DNA from: Heteronotia binoei
Taxonomy: Eukaryota
Direction: 5' to 3'
Length of the DNA: 64,000 nt
NCBI RefSeq assembly: GCF_032191835.1
Contig: NC_083237.1
Span: 25,234,001-25,298,000, forward strand
Every line of letters begins with the position of its first letter. Position 1 is the first letter of the stretch. The notes under the pieces were generated by a model that saw only the letters and a program-made list of their open reading frames with translations, did not search any database and was not told the origin of the DNA. Position numbers and translations under genes: made by a program. Positions 61,704 through 64,000 of this stretch are shown one piece after another.

Positions 61704-64000
61704 TATAATAATAATAATAATAAATTTATTTTTGTATCCCGCCCTCCCCCGCCAAAGGCGGGCTCAGGGCGGCTCACAGACATGGAATTCCATGATTCAA
61801 GTAAAATAATGTAAACAACAATTTTAAATATAAACAATTACATAATAAATTATTTAAAATAGCTAAAATAGATAAGATAGGTGCTATAAATTACTATAAG
61901 TCATAATATCCACAAGATGGTTAAATGGCTACACGTCAGATTAGTCAGGTTCTGTCTCAAAGGCAAGCTGGAAAAGAAATGTTTTGCAAGCCCTGCAGAA
62001 TTGGTTCAGGTCCCGCAGGGCTCGCACCATCTCTGGAAGATGATTCCACCATCGAGGGGCCATTACTGAGAAGGATTGCTCCCTGGTTGTCTTCAATCTA
62101 GCCTCTCTTGGCCCAGGGGTTGTTAGAAGATTTTGAGAGCTAGATCTCAGTGCTCTCTGGGGAACATATGGGGAGAGGCGGTCCCTTAGGTAGGCAGGTC
62201 CTCGGCCATATAGGGCTTTAAAGGTGATGACCAGCACTTTATAGCGAACACGGTACACAACCGGCAGCCAATGCAGATCCCGCAGCCCAGGCCGCACATG
62301 TTCCCACCGTGGTAGTCCAACTAGCAGCCTGGCCGCCGCGTTCTGGACTACCTGAAGTTTCCGTGTTCGGTATAAGGGCAGCCCCATGTAGAGGGCATTG
62401 CAGTAGTCTAGTCTTGAGGTGACCGTTGCGTGGATCACAGTTGCTAGGTCGCTGCGCTCCAAGAAGGGAGCCAACTGCCTCGCCCTCTTGAGGTGAAAGA
62501 AGGCGGATCTAGCAGTGGCAGCTATCTGGGCCTCCATTGATAAAGAGGATTCCAGTAGCACTCCCAGGCTCTTGACTTTGCGCACTGGTATCAGTGGCGC
62601 ACCGTCGAAAACCGGTAGGGTAATCTCCCCTCCCGGTCCGCCTCCCGGCCCGCCTCGATCCAGTTGTCGTCGGAGGTCATCCATGAGGGTGACCAAGACT
62701 GTTTCCGTCCCATGGCCCGGGTGAAAGCCGGACTGGCATGGGTCTAAGGTGGAAGCGTCCTCCAAAAAATCCTGTAACTGCAGCGCCACAGCCCTCTCAA
62801 TAATTTTGCCCCAAAAGGGCAAATTTGAGACCGGTCGGTAGTGTGCCAATTCGGCCGGGTCTGATGAAGCTTTTTTCAAGAGAGGGCGGACCAATGCCTC
62901 TTTCAGGGGTGTTGGGAAAGCACCCTCTGAAAGAGATCGATTTATAATATCCCGTATAGGATATCTTAGTTCCTCCTGGCAGGCCTTAATTAGCCAGGAG
63001 GGGCATGGGTCCAGATCACAAGTTGTGGATCGTGCAGTGCCAAGAATTCTGTCGACCTCCTCCAAGCTGAGCGGGTCGAAGCAATCCAGGGTTAAATCAG
63101 AAGACACGCATTGGGCTTCGAGTTCGCTTACTGCATCCAAGTTAGCAGGGCAGTCGTGGCGGAGCGATTGGACCTTATCAGCAAAGAATTTCGCAAAAGC
63201 CTCACAGCCAATCTCCAATTCCTTAGCTTTTGAGTTGCCCTGTGGCAATGTAGTAAGGTTCCGAATTATTCTAAATAATTGGGCCGGGCGCGAATTTGCA
63301 GATGCGATCTTGGCCGCAAAGTATGTTTTCTTTGCGGCCTTGATTGCCATCTCATAGGACTTCATAAACTTCCTATAAGATGTTCTAGTCGCTTCGTCAC
63401 GAGTACGCCACCATTGCCTCTCTAGCCGTCTAAGGCCTTGTTTCAGCTGGCGTAATTCCGGGGTATACCACGGGGCCAGCTTAGTCCGAGGTCGCAGAGG
63501 GCGCCGAGGTGCGATCTCCTCGATGGCCCTTGAGAGCCGGCTATTCCAGGTCTCAATCAGGTCATCGAGGGAGTCGCCAGAGGGCCAGGGATCCTGCAGA
63601 GCCATCTGGAACCGTTCTGGGTCCATTTGGCTCCGCGGGCGAGCCATAATCGGCTCCTCGCCTAAACAGGTTTGGGGAGGCATATCTACACAGGCCTTGA
63701 GGGCGAAGTGATCCGACCATGGCACCGCCTCTGCGGTTATATCGCTCACTACTATCCCAGCCGCAAAGATCAGGTCTAACATGTGTCCGGCCTGGTGGGT
63801 GGGGGTTACAACAAGTTGAGAGAGTCCCAGTGTCGCCATGGAAGACAGTAGGTCCGCCGCCTGACTGGAGGACGAGTCATCAGCATGGACGTTGAAGTCG
63901 CCCAGGATTATCAACCTTGGGTGCTCCAGCGCCCAGCCTGTCGCCGCCTCAAGCAGGGACGGTAAGGCGTTGGCTGGTGCATTAGGCGTACGGTACACCA
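61704..64000 (-). mobile_element. Young L2-clade LINE (runs off the window) with an in-frame deletion of the RT core
   Basis: 685-aa ORF 61941-63998 with LGDFNVH and SDH (APE), YRPVSNLPF, QSGF and SRLDYCNALY; intact 3' UTR and aataaat(tta)n tail; lacks DLSAAFD, PQG and YADD. Confidence 0.93.

Noticed and set aside
1-64000. CRISPR arrays, operons or other prokaryotic systems
   Set aside because: The sequence is intron-containing vertebrate DNA; there are no regularly spaced repeat-spacer arrays.

Overview
Vertebrate genomic DNA. The repeat content (MIR-derived Squam3-like SINEs, 5S-headed SINEs, BovB, CR1, L2, Penelope remnants) points to a squamate reptile, probably a gecko (inference). The window holds the block known from mammals as GRIN2D-KDELR1-SYNGR4-TMEM143. 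KDELR1 is complete (+, 5 coding exons, 22104-29753, 212 aa). SYNGR4 is complete (-, 4 coding exons, 55163-32523, 229 aa). TMEM143 contributes its 5' end (+, 58080?/59263-59458), head-to-head with SYNGR4. CpG islands at 4.9-7.5 kb probably carry the non-coding 5' end of GRIN2D (-); this rests on synteny only, as no GRIN2D coding exon was found. The SYNGR4 introns are rich in mobile DNA. One is a full-length RTE LINE (38411-42458, 36-bp target-site duplication, TSD) whose 5' end folds into a candidate HDV-like ribozyme and whose ORF has no AUG ahead of the endonuclease. Another is a complete Ty1/copia provirus (46084-52503) inserted into a CR1. The most unusual observation is a compound hAT-type non-autonomous element (49392-50207, perfect 8-bp TSD) inside the copia that carries an intron-flanked 67-bp exon resembling PTGES3L, i.e. 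Pack-type capture of host genomic DNA in a vertebrate. A minimal Penelope-type hammerhead motif lies at 35718-35757. All calls were made by eye; protein comparisons are against recalled human sequences and need database confirmation.
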